The notes beneath the pieces are model-generated. The model made no database searches, was not told the origin of the DNA, and saw only the letters and a program-made list of their open reading frames with translations. Positions 1 to 11,789 of a stretch of 64,000 bases of DNA are shown in pieces (position 1 is the stretch's first letter; each line of letters opens with the position of its first letter). The position numbers and the translations under genes are program-made. This DNA comes from Anthoceros angustus (lineage: Eukaryota > Plantae > Anthocerotophyta): the NCBI GenBank assembly GCA_010909165.1, contig MU008170.1, positions 1,240,001-1,304,000 of the forward strand, read 5' to 3'.

Positions 1-3000
1 ATACGGCAGTGGCTCATGTGCCATGATGCCATCCTATCTCTATACTCATGCCATGCATCACGCCATCACATTCACGGTGTCGCATGCGGTCATGGACCAC
101 CACTTATCCCCACGCACTTATAATGAGACACACACGTTATCACAGACCCTACACCTTATCCCTACCTCTATATGCCATGACAAGTCGCGCCCATGTCCTG
201 GCGGCATGGGCCATATTATGCCATCAAAAGTTTCAACCACTTCTCGGACTCGTGATACCACCCTTAACTTACATGTCCACCATCCTATCTGGCAACACGC
301 TTGATTTGCCCAGTTGGGCTGCTCGAAAAAGTGTTGTGCCGACCACTTTGGCCTCTATGCCATAGATGCGTCGATAAAACCTCAAACATGCGGTCTCGAA
401 CACATGGTTGACGGTTTGTCATCTCCATTCTTCATTGGCCAACGCGGCCTACGCCAATCTTCGGTCAAAATATTCATCCACTGCGCTTTGCCCACCCACG
501 CTCCTTTGCTCGATGTCGGGCCCAGGCTCCCTTCTTCATCACTATCCGATTCGGTCTTCCTCGGCGGTGCGGCCCGTTCAAACCATTCACATATCTTATT
601 TTCGATGCTGGAGCCCTGAAAATCCCCACATTGTCATTGAGCAGATACCAAGATTCCAAAGTGGCCTCATCCCATTGCAACACTCTTGTGCGTAGGCAAG
701 CAAACACCCTATAAAAAGCTCGTGGGTAACCAATGGCAAAACGCCCCGCTTTCTCTCTATGCAGATGACTTAACCACACTTTCAGACTTCGCAAGTCAGC
801 TGACTTCTCTTTGTGCCTGTACATCAGGAACCCTTCTTTGGGCCAGTGATCAAACACTTGATGCATGAACAGATGATGTTCCAATTTTCGGAATGCCCCC
901 TCCACTTAACTAGTCCATACGAGCTTTGCTGTCATGCCCTGCGCCATTCAAAAGATCCAGTGATCATAAGGAAAACTTTCAATGTTGCGGGTCTCATGAT
1001 GTGATTCTACATACAGCAAAAAGCTTGTAACTCGAAATGTCTCAGGTCGTTCGGGCTTGCGTGCTGATACTTACCAAGGCGTCTTCCATTTGTCTTCCAT
1101 GAGTACATGAAGGCTGTGGAGCGCTAGTGCTCATTCAACCACGACTTGCAAGTGTGGTCGCTTCCATATCCATGTTAGCAATGCATCGTTAATCGTGGAA
1201 TCCTCATGATACTCTCACAATTGGAGGACGGGTACCTTCGGTGTTGGTCAAACAACCACATGAACTGACTTGATTTTGGAAGATTACCTATGTTCGTAGC
1301 TGACTTTGCCAAGCGAGTGTCAAGCTTGCCAATCAACACATGCTGTCCGATTGATATTTGAATCAACCGTCTCACACCCGCGATCGTTCGGTCATAGGGT
1401 TGGTTATGTGGCAAGCAGTCATGCACTCCACGCTTTGCTCATTGCTTCTTGATGCCGCAACCACCCTGGCACTTGCTCTCCACGTCCCAGTCCCTCTTTG
1501 ATAACCTCCTTCTCACTTTGTTGTTACTTGAGGTGTGTGAGGGTGGACTCTTGGTGGGACAGGTGAGGTCCACATTTACCCTCAATGTGCTTGTAGTCAC
1601 GGGGATTCGCTCCCAAGGGAATGGTTTGTGCCAAAGGCGCTATCTTCTATCGCTTCTCAACCCTAAGCACTTGGACCGCTACTCCTCGCACCTATCTACT
1701 CAACTCGACTACCTCTGTCTTATCCAACTACCACGGATCTAACTTCCGACCCGTTCCTTCTACGCGGTGAGTCCGCATTACTCGGTAGTGGTGCGACCAG
1801 GTGGGTCCCACGCCAAACCCTAGCTGATTGGCGGCCGCATCTCGGGTCACGGGTTGTCCTCAAATGCGGATAGTCTCTACCCACACTTATAACCCCCGAT
1901 TCCTGACACTAGTTCCTAGGAACCACTCTACCTCAATCCACACACATACACACACACACAAGGGTACCGCACCACTTATTTCCTCCGAAACACGTTTCCA
2001 TCGCACTTTCTCCAAACACGGCTCTTCGCGATTCCTTCACAATTCCAACCACATCCTCTCACGGTTCTTTCTCTTCCCACTCACGTTTGACACCTCGCAT
2101 CGCATCTGACGATCTCTCCTTCCCGATCTCTTCTCTCTCTCTCTCAATTCACCTGGGCTTCCAACCATCCACAACTCTCAATTTGAACACTGGTGGGAGA
2201 AAAGGTGAAGGAGAAGAATCGGCAGGCGTTCTGAGCAAGCTCGGACCGCCCGCTCCCTTGGTTCCCTCCTTGTGCCAAAAGATGCCCCTTCCCCCTCGAG
2301 CAAGCTCTCGACCACCTAGGGCGTCTCGCACACCACCCTCCGTTGGGACGTCTCCAACCAGCCACGCAGCGTGGGGATCTCAACGGGCTCTGCTGAGGGA
2401 CATAATTCGCCCCTCTTATACATCGGGTGGCGCCATGCCCGGATTTTAGGTCCTAAGATGGCTATCGAAGGGCGCCCACAATTCGGGCGATCCTAGGTCG
2501 GTCGACATCTAACCAAATTATCTTTAGGATGCTATCACCTCGCCTCTCGCTGTCTGCGCGCCCTACCTCGACTTGGCCGCCGTCCTCCTCCATTGCCGCC
2601 ACGAGCTCTCACGCCGCGGTGGACGGGTTTCCACACTACTTCCACCTCACATCGCTGCTTCTGGGCGTCCAAATTTGAGGTGTACCACCTTGGCCGCATC
2701 TTCTTCCGCCTATTGCCGAGGATTATTACGGTTCCTCGTCCACCCAAGCTGGACCTCCTCCTCGCTCAACTCCTCCAAAGTCGCCTCCATAATAGGGGCC
2801 AACCCCACACTCGGGCGCGATGGTAGAAGTATGCACTTGGTCCTCACTTGCGATGGGTAGGCCACAGTCCCTCCTATTTCCACACGCACATGGGCGGTGA
2901 GGTTAAGCCGCGTTCTCCATTCACATATAGACCGGGAACATAAGTTTCCTCATCCATGTGCCGCAATATAATAGGACCCTACTGCGGTGAGGTGCTTACC

Positions 3001-5122
3001 CCCTCCTCCGTAGGCTACACCGTTGCTCGCCATGTCCTCGCGGTGCGCACACACCGCTCCGCCCATGCCTTCCGGGTTGGTTGCGCCAATGTCGTAGGTT
3101 TCGACTACGCGGTAGTGGACTCCACGGCCGTCGTCGTTCACCACAGGTAGGTGAGGTTTCGGCTACCTCGGTTCTTTGCTTCCTTCCGCTCGGTAGTTCC
3201 TTCCGCTACTCGATCGTGGTCACCTGCTTCCCCTTCCCTTTGTCTTTTACGGCTCGGACGTGCCTCATCCGCTCCGTTTATCGCTCAGCTTATGGGCCTT
3301 TTCCACCGAGGCCGCCTCGCCTGGGCTCGCAACAACTCCCACTGCATCTCTGGTTCGTCTCGTGGGCATCCTTAATTTGAGCCATGAGTGCTTCCTGGCT
3401 CGTCATGGCTTGCAACTTCTCACAGGCCTGCACAAATCTTCTTGAATCTTGGCCCTTATTTCCTCTAGGTTCCGCTTGTCTTCCTCCGGTTGCTTGCGCT
3501 TGGCCTCCTCCGTCAAACTGGCCTTCACCACTTCCTCCGTCGCCCTTGCTGAGCCGGTGAGCTAAAGCCGCTTGATCCAACAAATGCGCTTGGGCCCGGA
3601 TCATCGGCGTGGTCACCGCAAATCCACTTGTTGTGGCGCGGCGCCATCCCTCATCGAGAACTTTCCTCCCGGCAAGGTGCGCACCTCACCAATTCGGTTG
3701 CATCCACCTCATTGCCGGTGGAGTCCCTTGAAAATCTCTTCCCATCTTTGAGGAGGGGTCCGCTCGAGGTCGCCCTAAACCCTCGGAGTTGATTCATCAT
3801 CGCATCCAGTCGGCAAAATTGTCCTCGGATCGCGCCTCCTCGCCACCTCCATGCGTTTGGCTTTCATTTTCTGTAGCCGTGCGTTTTCGACACAGTGGCC
3901 TGGCATCCTTCACCTTTTATGATGCCGTCTTTCACCCCGGTCTTCCTCTTTTCTTGGTGGGAATTTCCTTCTCTTCCTCAGCTGCACGCCAGGCTCGGCT
4001 ATTCGATTTCCTCCTTGGGCTCCTCCGCCTTCCATTTCACCTCCCTAAGCGGCTTCCACATGTGGAGGTCTCCACCTCAGCGGGCGGTTAGCGTAAACAT
4101 AAAGATGGACCGAAATGGTGAGATTAGAGAGGGCCGAGGGTAGAGAAATCAGTTCAACCTCTCTTCACACAACTTCGAAGGTCGCTAATCGATCTTCGCC
4201 CCTTGACCACTTCATGAAGGCAAGCAAGTGGTCGGACAAATAATCCTTCTTGCTGCGAAACATAGAACCACTGGCGGACCCATCAAGCTGCCGTTGCCAA
4301 ATCCCTCGTCAACCCGTTGGGTTCGCGGTCCGCTTTAACGGGCGGTGCTTGCTTGTGCTTCTTTGGGCGGCTCCATCACCAAACCGCCCGCCTCCTCCTT
4401 CTGCCCATACACCCTCTAACCAACTCCGGTCCCAATCCTGCCCGCTCTAAATCCCCGTTTGTCCTTGGTGTGGCACTCTGCACCGATCCCAAGTTCATGT
4501 AATTCCACCGCTCTTCCATGAAACCCGGCTTGACTCCTTCAGTTCTCCATTTCGAACTTTCCAATGATCCATGTTTGGCCATTGGGCAAGCACAATTTCG
4601 GTGGTGACCTTGGGCGCCATCCTCTCAGCCTCCTCGCTCACCAACGCCACCTCTGCACTGGGGTCACCTGTGGTTCCTACCTCCTCGGCAAGGCGCTGCC
4701 GTCGCGCCTTCCTCCTCTGCGTCGCGATTCGCGATATCCGTGGGGTTGAGCTCCTTCCCGTCGTTGCGCCTCGCGCCTCCTGCGGTGATCGCCCGGTCGC
4801 GCTCTTGGCTTATGGCGCTCCGGCGTCGTTGCGCTCGCGCTCCCGTCCGGCCGTTGCGCTCCGTTGTTTGAGCAGGATTTCATTCCTAGGGTTAAGTTTC
4901 CCGGGTTCCCTACTCTGTTAGGACCTCGACGCTTCCCCCATCCCAATCCACAACCCCTCATTGACTCGGTCGGTCGACCCCAAACTTATAGACCTATCAC
5001 ACTCTAATTATTCCAACCCCCTATCTCACATATATAGACTTTTGGTGGAACATTCCAAGTCCATGGGCCAAGGAACACCAAATTCCGGACCATTTATTTT
5101 CTAACCTAAAAATCAAGACAAG

Positions 5123-6840
5123 AAAAACCATAGGCCAAGGACATTTCTTCTATAAATACAGCACACTCTGTCAACTTGACTTATTTTCACACCACACTCG
5201 ACCAAAAAAAAAAAAAAAACACTCCAGCACATCCCAACGAGGGTTTCCAAGTCGAGATCGTTCTGGTTTTCAGGTCCCCATCTACAACCACAACCTACAT
5301 GCAGCAACAATTTGGATGACCGCTCAGTCGTGCGCTCCGGCTACCTGATGCTCCATGCTTCATCGTCCTTCCTGCAGGCGCTGCTTCCTCGCGCCGCCTC
5401 CTGAGGATCGATGCACTCAACACCTGTATTTCTCCAGCAAATCTCGGAGCCTTCTCCAATAAATCATTTGAATCCTCCGGTAATCGCGAGAATCCTCTCG
5501 TTCCTGCTAATCCTTTGTTTACACTTTACTTCTCTCGCGCTTGCCGACCACACTGTACGTCTCACACAACCCGTGTATCAATAAGGCAAATAACGGGCTT
5601 TATGGGCATACCCTTCTTATTGACGTTCTTCCCGCACACCCACACCTTGAGTGCTTTTACCCGCCCCCAGCCTTCTTCGCCTAGCTTTTCCATCGACACT
5701 TGTGAAAAACCATAGGCCAAGGACATTTCTTCTATAAATACCTTTGCCTCACAACCTCGACTTATTTTCACACCACACTCGACCAAAAAAAAAAAAAAAA
5801 CACTCCAGCACATCCCAAGGGGTTTCCAAGTCCAGATCGTTTACAGTCGCCTAGGGTCCCTATCTACAACCTACAACCTACATGCAGCAACATTTGATGG
5901 ATCTACCGTGCGCTCCGGCTACGATGCTCCATGCTTCATCGTCCTTCGCACTGCAACAACGCTCGCACGCCTCCTGAGGATCGATGCACTCAACACCTGT
6001 ATTTCTCCAGCAAATCTCGGAGCCTTCTCCAATAAATCGCTGAATCCTCCAGCCAATCGCAGAATCCTCTCGTTCCTGCTAATCCTTTGTTTACACTTTA
6101 CTTCTCTCGCGCTTGCCGAACACCGACGTCTACACAACCCGTGTATCAATAAGGCAAATAACGGGCTTTATGGGCATACCCTTCTTATTGACGTTCTTCC
6201 CACACCCACACCTTGAGTGCTTTTACCCGCCCCCAGCCTTCTTCGCCTAGCTTTTCCATCGACACTTGTGAAAAACCATAGGCCAAGGACATTTCTTCTA
6301 TAAATACCTTTGCCTCACAACCTCGACTTATTTTCACACCACACTCGACCAAAAAAAAAAAAAAAACACTCCAGCACATCCCAAGGGGTTTCCAAGTCCA
6401 GATCGTTTACAGTCGCCTAGGGTCCCTATCTACAACCTACAACCTACATGCAGCAACATTTGATGGATCTACCGTGCGCTCCGGCTACGATGCTCCATGC
6501 TTCATCGTCCTTCGCACTGCAACAACGCTCGCACGCCTCCCGAGGATCGATGCACTCAACACTGTATTTCTAAAGAAATCTCGGAGCCTTCTCAATAAAT
6601 CATTTGAATCCTCCAAGAATCCTCTCCTGCTAATCCTTTGTTTACACTTTACTCTCGCGCTTGCCGACCACACTGTACGTCTCACACAACCCGTGTATCA
6701 ATAAGGCAAATAACGGGCTTTATGGGCATACCCTTCTTATTGACGTTCTTCCCGCACACCCACACCTTGAGTGCGCGTTTTACCCGGCCCCCCAGCTTCC
6801 TTTCGCCCTAGCTTTTCCATCGTACACTTGTGACAAAACC
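5123..6840. repeat. Three tandem copies of a ~565-580 bp unit (3' end of the PHD ORF plus downstream sequence with a poly-A tract)
   Basis: Units start at ~5123, 5705 and 6271. Junctions share AAAACCAT. Each unit has an A-run of ~16-17 nt. Confidence 0.9.
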
Positions 6841-6958
6841 ATTCTCCTTCTGGAATTGCCTTCAATGGTGGCCGAAGACAAAAGACATGATGCCCTTGGT
6901 TGCACTGATCACATAATAGCATCAGTTCAGGGTCAATGATTTGACCACAGTGTTTGCA
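6824..6958 (-). CDS. PHD finger (Cys4-His-Cys3) at the integrase C-terminus
   Basis: CKHCGQIIDPELMLLCDQCNQGHHVFCLRPPLKAIPEGEWFCHKC has all eight zinc ligands plus the LLCD, PPL and GxWxC signatures. Confidence 0.95.
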
Positions 6959-7099
6959 AGGCAGGTCAACAGGTGGCTTCCATGCTTGTGGTTGTGGCGC
7001 GCGCGTGTCAAGATTCGCAAGTGGCATGGGGCGGATGTCGATGGGTTCCTTGCATCGGCGCCTGCCTTGCCCTTCCAACTCGATGACCCTTGCTCACCA

Positions 7100-9560
7100 A
7101 CGCTCACCACTCAAAATTAACTGGCCCCGTGCTCACGTCCAAAGTGCCAGAAGGACGATGTTGAAGATACACGAAGTCACCTACTTCGAACTTTCTGGCC
7201 TTTGGCTTCCATGATCCTCCTCGTGTGAATGCGTACCTCAGCTGATCTCTTTGTTGTGCGATAGCCAGATTGTCCATTGCCATGGGTATCACTCGTTGTA
7301 ACAACTTGGCCCGGTTTCGTAACTCTGAGCAGCATTCATTCACATTTTGTGTCCAATCCACTGGTTTGGAATACGTGTCCGCCACTATGTTGGGTAGCAC
7401 AGCATTCCTGCCAAACATGATATAATAAGGATCGGTTGCCAGGCTGCTCAGACATCGATTCTCAGAGCCCAAGGCAACATACGTAGCAACTCATCCCAAC
7501 AATTAGGCTCGACTCCGCAAGACCGGCGGGCATCCTTGAAAGTTTGCACCAGCCTTTCGCTAAACCATCCACCGAGGATGGTCCTGACGCGCCTGATCTA
7601 TCAAACTCCGATCTAACAACGCTTGGAACTCACCTCCAATTCTCGACTGTCACTCCGCATGCCTTCCATATCCGCCAAAACACATAGGAAAGCTGCGCGT
7701 GAATGGAAGTTCGATCGAAGGAATGCCAATTCCACCCACTTGGAGAAGTGTTCTATCATAAGCATACAATGCTTGTTGCCTTGCTTGGTCAATGGTAGCT
7801 CGCATGAGGTCAACGGACCATCGAAAGAACAATCCCCGAATAGCGAATGCAACACCACATCCTCGGCCGTTGAACCTTGCTTAATCGCATCACAAGCAGA
7901 CATCTCGCCACCACTCGCCGACATAATACATTCCGCATCAAAATATGCACTCTTCAAAGATGTGATGCATCCTTTTCATACCGAAATGCCCAAGTGTCTT
8001 GTGCACTTTACTCACTATCTGTTCTCGTTCCTCTATGGGAGGAACCATTTTACACACTCCATGATCCGTCACTAATAACTTACCATCCCTCCATGTGTAT
8101 CTCATGACTTTCCGTCGTAGCTTTTGAATCTGCAAGATCCACCACTACTCCCTTCCTTCAATAGCTGAATAGCATGCCCATACTTCCATATGTCTCGTCC
8201 TCCCTCATTGAGTTGTTTTCTTCCTTCTTGATGTGTGGCCATGAGTGCCATATACATGCTTGGCATGTAACGAGCATACCCAAAACTCGCCGACTACGTA
8301 TCGCCATCGACATCGGGTTTCGCTAAGTCCATCCGCATTGTGATGTACTTTGCCTGCCCGATGCACTATATGCATATCATCTCGAGAAGAACGCCCACCT
8401 CGCGAGCTTGCCACTCAACTTCATGTTCGTCATTAACCAAAGGCAACGGTGGTCACCACGAGTTGGAAGCTCCGCCAAACAAATAAATTAAGTAGAACGC
8501 CCCACACAGTAAACATTCACCCTCATACGATGAGTAATTAGCTTCCGCGGAGTTGTTCGACCTACTTGCATACGCAATCACTCTTTCTCTTCCTTCCCCA
8601 TCCACCTGTGCAAGGACGGCCCCGATTCCAGCACCCATGCATAATGAACGGTTTGTCAAAATCAGCCGCTTGAGCATGGGCCTTCATTGGGCCTTTAACT
8701 CGCCAAGCATGTTCATGTTTCGCCCCACCATCGTACTTCTTCATCAGATCATACAGTACCTTGCAAGTGCTGCTCATGTTTCTGATGAATCGGCGATAAT
8801 AGTTGACGAGTCCTAAGAATGCTCTCAACGCGGCGACATCCCTTGGTCTCGGCATAAGATTGACAGCCTGCACCTTTGCTAGTTGCGGCAGCACGCCTCC
8901 TGGCACAATCTTGTGACCCAGATATTCTATCTCCTTGTAAGCAAACTTACACTTCTTTGGATGTGCCTTCACCCCGACAATTTGAACGTTTTCGAGGTGT
9001 TGAATGTGTTCCTCCAAACCGTCACGAACACCAAAATGTCATCAATGTAACACCTCACGAATGGTAATCCTTGCAACTCCAAGTCCGCCACCGAAAGTAG
9101 ATGGAAGCTTTTCAACCCAAAAGGCATCGCCTCCCATTCCCACAACTCTTTTGCCCCGTAGCCGCTTTTGCACTTGTCTTCTTCCTTCGATGACGATTTG
9201 ATTGAAACCAAGCTAAGTCCAACGTCAGAAATACTTGGCTTCGCCAATCGCGCCAAAGATTTCATCCGGGGTAGGCATGGGATATCGCCCATAGGCGTTA
9301 CCTCATTCGCCCGATAATCTCCACACATCCGCCCTTCCATTCGCCATTTTCATCTTTCTTTAGCGGAAGGACCGTGGCCGTAAAGATACGTGAACTTGAT
9401 TTCGAATTAATCCATGCAGCAAGTTCCCTACACCGCTTATCCACAATGTCCCACTGGCTCAACTTGTGCCGCCTTCTAAAACCGCTGGTGGTGGTGATGA
9501 TTTTGAACTTGATTTCATAACGTCCCAGCTCTTGCCACCGAACGAAAGGTACCCGATTCT
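7100..9560 (-). CDS. Gypsy reverse transcriptase, RNase H and integrase (broken across frames)
   Basis: ORF pieces 9298-9666, 8969-9340, 8562-9017, 8453-8677, 8205-8414, 7938-8135, 7613-7957 and 7104-7472 carry the canonical Gypsy pol motifs in order, e.g. [39 protein letters not shown]. Confidence 0.93.
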
Positions 9561-9789
9561 TCTCCAAAGATCTCCGGATCGCATTGATCCTCTTCAAGTC
9601 CTCACATATTTGCCATACATGAGTTGAATGCCCACTGTGCTTTCCACGCTGATGTACTGCTCGCACTATTTGCGAAGATTTGTGTACTTGTCCCGACGGT
9701 TTGGAAACTCTTCCCCTTCACCCATCATCCAGACGACCTTCCTTTCCTATCGACTTGCACCGTGTGGCTATTCCCACACTCACCAACCA

Positions 9790-10665
9790 TTGCACACAAG
9801 TCGTCAAACGCTTGTCCCAAGTTTGCATCCGAAGCTCGACACACCGGGTGCTGCCATCACAAACCCATCGCTGCTCCCGCCTACGATCGTGGGTTCCCCA
9901 TCTCCTCACCATTCATGTTCAATACCATGCCCGCACCACCTCGGCGAAAGGCATATGATCGCCAGATCGACCAGCAGGGCCAAGCTCTCCGGCTCTCCCA
10001 CAATATTGACAGGATAGTGTGGCAGCCTATCCATCCTGTTCACCTGTTGCGATCGCCTGCCCTCCTCAAGGATCCCATCCAAGTTCCGCTTGCTTGGTGT
10101 GGTTAAACCTCGGCCGAGTGTTTCCACACTTGCAATGTTCGTCCAAAAGGTGGACGATGAGCGTGTGACCGCTTTGCCCGGCCAATGATGAACTCCTCCC
10201 ACCGACCTTTTCATAGCTTTTTCTCACATGACCTTTGTCAAAAGCTCCGCAAACATTCTCCAGTAAGTACCAACATGCCGGATTGCACCGCTGCACTTCT
10301 CTCAGAATCCGTATTACTTCCTCCGCCAGTCGCACACCGTTGCCTTGACCACGTCCAGCCTTGGAAAAGGTCTTGCACTCCCATCCTGCAATCACCATGT
10401 CAACCGGGCATCTCATTGCCTGCAGCTGTGCTTTTCCTACCAACATCACATCAGTGGGAAGTCTGGTCTGGCACCCTCTTATGGCTTCCATGCTCAGCAA
10501 GCTCGGATGCATTTTTTGCAGCTTGATAATCCTGGATTTGGCCACCGCCCGAGTCTTCTCATCAATTTCTACACACGTATACTTCCGTATCCGAATCCCA
10601 CATCGTAAAACACACTCCAGCCCGCTACTAATTCCTGAACACAACTCCATGAGATGAATGCCTGT
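9790..10665 (-). CDS. DNMT3-like C5 cytosine DNA methyltransferase domain within retrotransposon pol (frameshifted in this assembly)
   Basis: Motif I LMELCSGISSG; motif II CVEID; motif IV DMVIAGWEC..FSKAG (Cys at 10375-10377); motif VI LLENV (ENV at 10252-10260); motif VIII SHAHR..FWTNI across a frameshift at ~10135-10170 (DNMT3 signature AHRxRxFWxN); EPT..AMG..AAPGV read across frameshifts; motif X LGQAFD (~9803-9820). Confidence 0.9.
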
Positions 10666-11049
10666 TCATGGGCTCGCCACTGAATCACTTGGTTACTGAT
10701 CCGTAACCCAGATCTCCTATGATTGCTTGCTTGGGCAGGCTTCTTTCCGGACAATTGCCGGTGATTCGCCACACTTGCATCCACGCCGAACACGCCTCTT
10801 CCAAAGCTTCCTTCACGGGTGGTGTAGCACACGATCATTCGATGTTGTGCCTTCTCGACACCTCATGACGTGCTGTGTCTGGTCTCTTCCCACACCTCCT
10901 ATGAACACTTTTCTGCGCCGTGAATGCCAAAGATACTTCTTGACCTTTCACCATGCCTTCTCATATCCAGAGGGATTCTGGCAACATGTGTGAAATCTCC
11001 ATCCCGCCACCTTGGCCTATAGAATGCCACAGTGCGGATCCACCCCATT

Positions 11050-11300
11050 GCCGTGGCGGCATCCGCACTCAATAAACACATCATATTTCGCATCTGAAAC
11101 TAAACAGTGCACTTCCACCACACATGCATCTCCTGTCCCCGGCTTATACTCTATCCGAATCGGATCGCGAGTCATCCCCATCACCGCTCTTTGGTACCGC
11201 AGATCCGGTGACCTCACACGGCTTCAACTTGTCTCCATACGCAGTGCCTCTTGCACTGCCTGCAAAACACCGGATCGCACGGTGTCTACTAGCACACACT
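11050..11300 (-). CDS. Retroviral-type aspartic protease (frameshifted)
   Basis: VTING..ECVLVDT; one inserted G restores DTGA. Followed by VEVHCLVSDAKYDVFI. Confidence 0.7.
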
Positions 11301-11789
11301 CCGGTGCAAAGCCATTGATAGTGACCTCTCGTTCTTGGTTCTTCACCAACGCTATGCCACCTTTCCCCCTAGCTGCTGGTTTTAGATGATCACCACGTAG
11401 GCTGACAAGCCCGGACACCATGTCCAATTCAGTGGCTTCCTTCTTAATCCAAGCCCGCATTGCTTGCTTGAATGGTTGTGCCTGGATTCCCAGGTCACGC
11501 AAACTTACCAGGGGTGTATCCATGGCTTTTCTGTAATCTACGCATTTGAGCAAACTGAACTCGCCATCGATGCTTGACCTATCCAAACATAACGAGGAAA
11601 GAATTTACGGGGCACTGTGGGATTTAACATGGCCGACTCTTGCAGACATGGTCTCCATAGCGGAATGCCCTTCACACAGCAAATGGAGCTCCTTGATGTT
11701 GTCGGCAAGTCGGTTGATGAAGTCGTCCTGCCTTCTGGCGCATGCCTGCAGCTCTGCAATTTGTCTTAGGATGGCCTTCTCCTTTAAAT

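Noticed and set aside
9790-10665. The methyltransferase as a host DNMT3/DRM gene or a bacterial restriction-modification contaminant
   Set aside because: It is intronless and contiguous with Gypsy protease and RT on the same strand. Motifs run I to X, not permuted as in DRM, and there is no nearby endonuclease or bacterial context.
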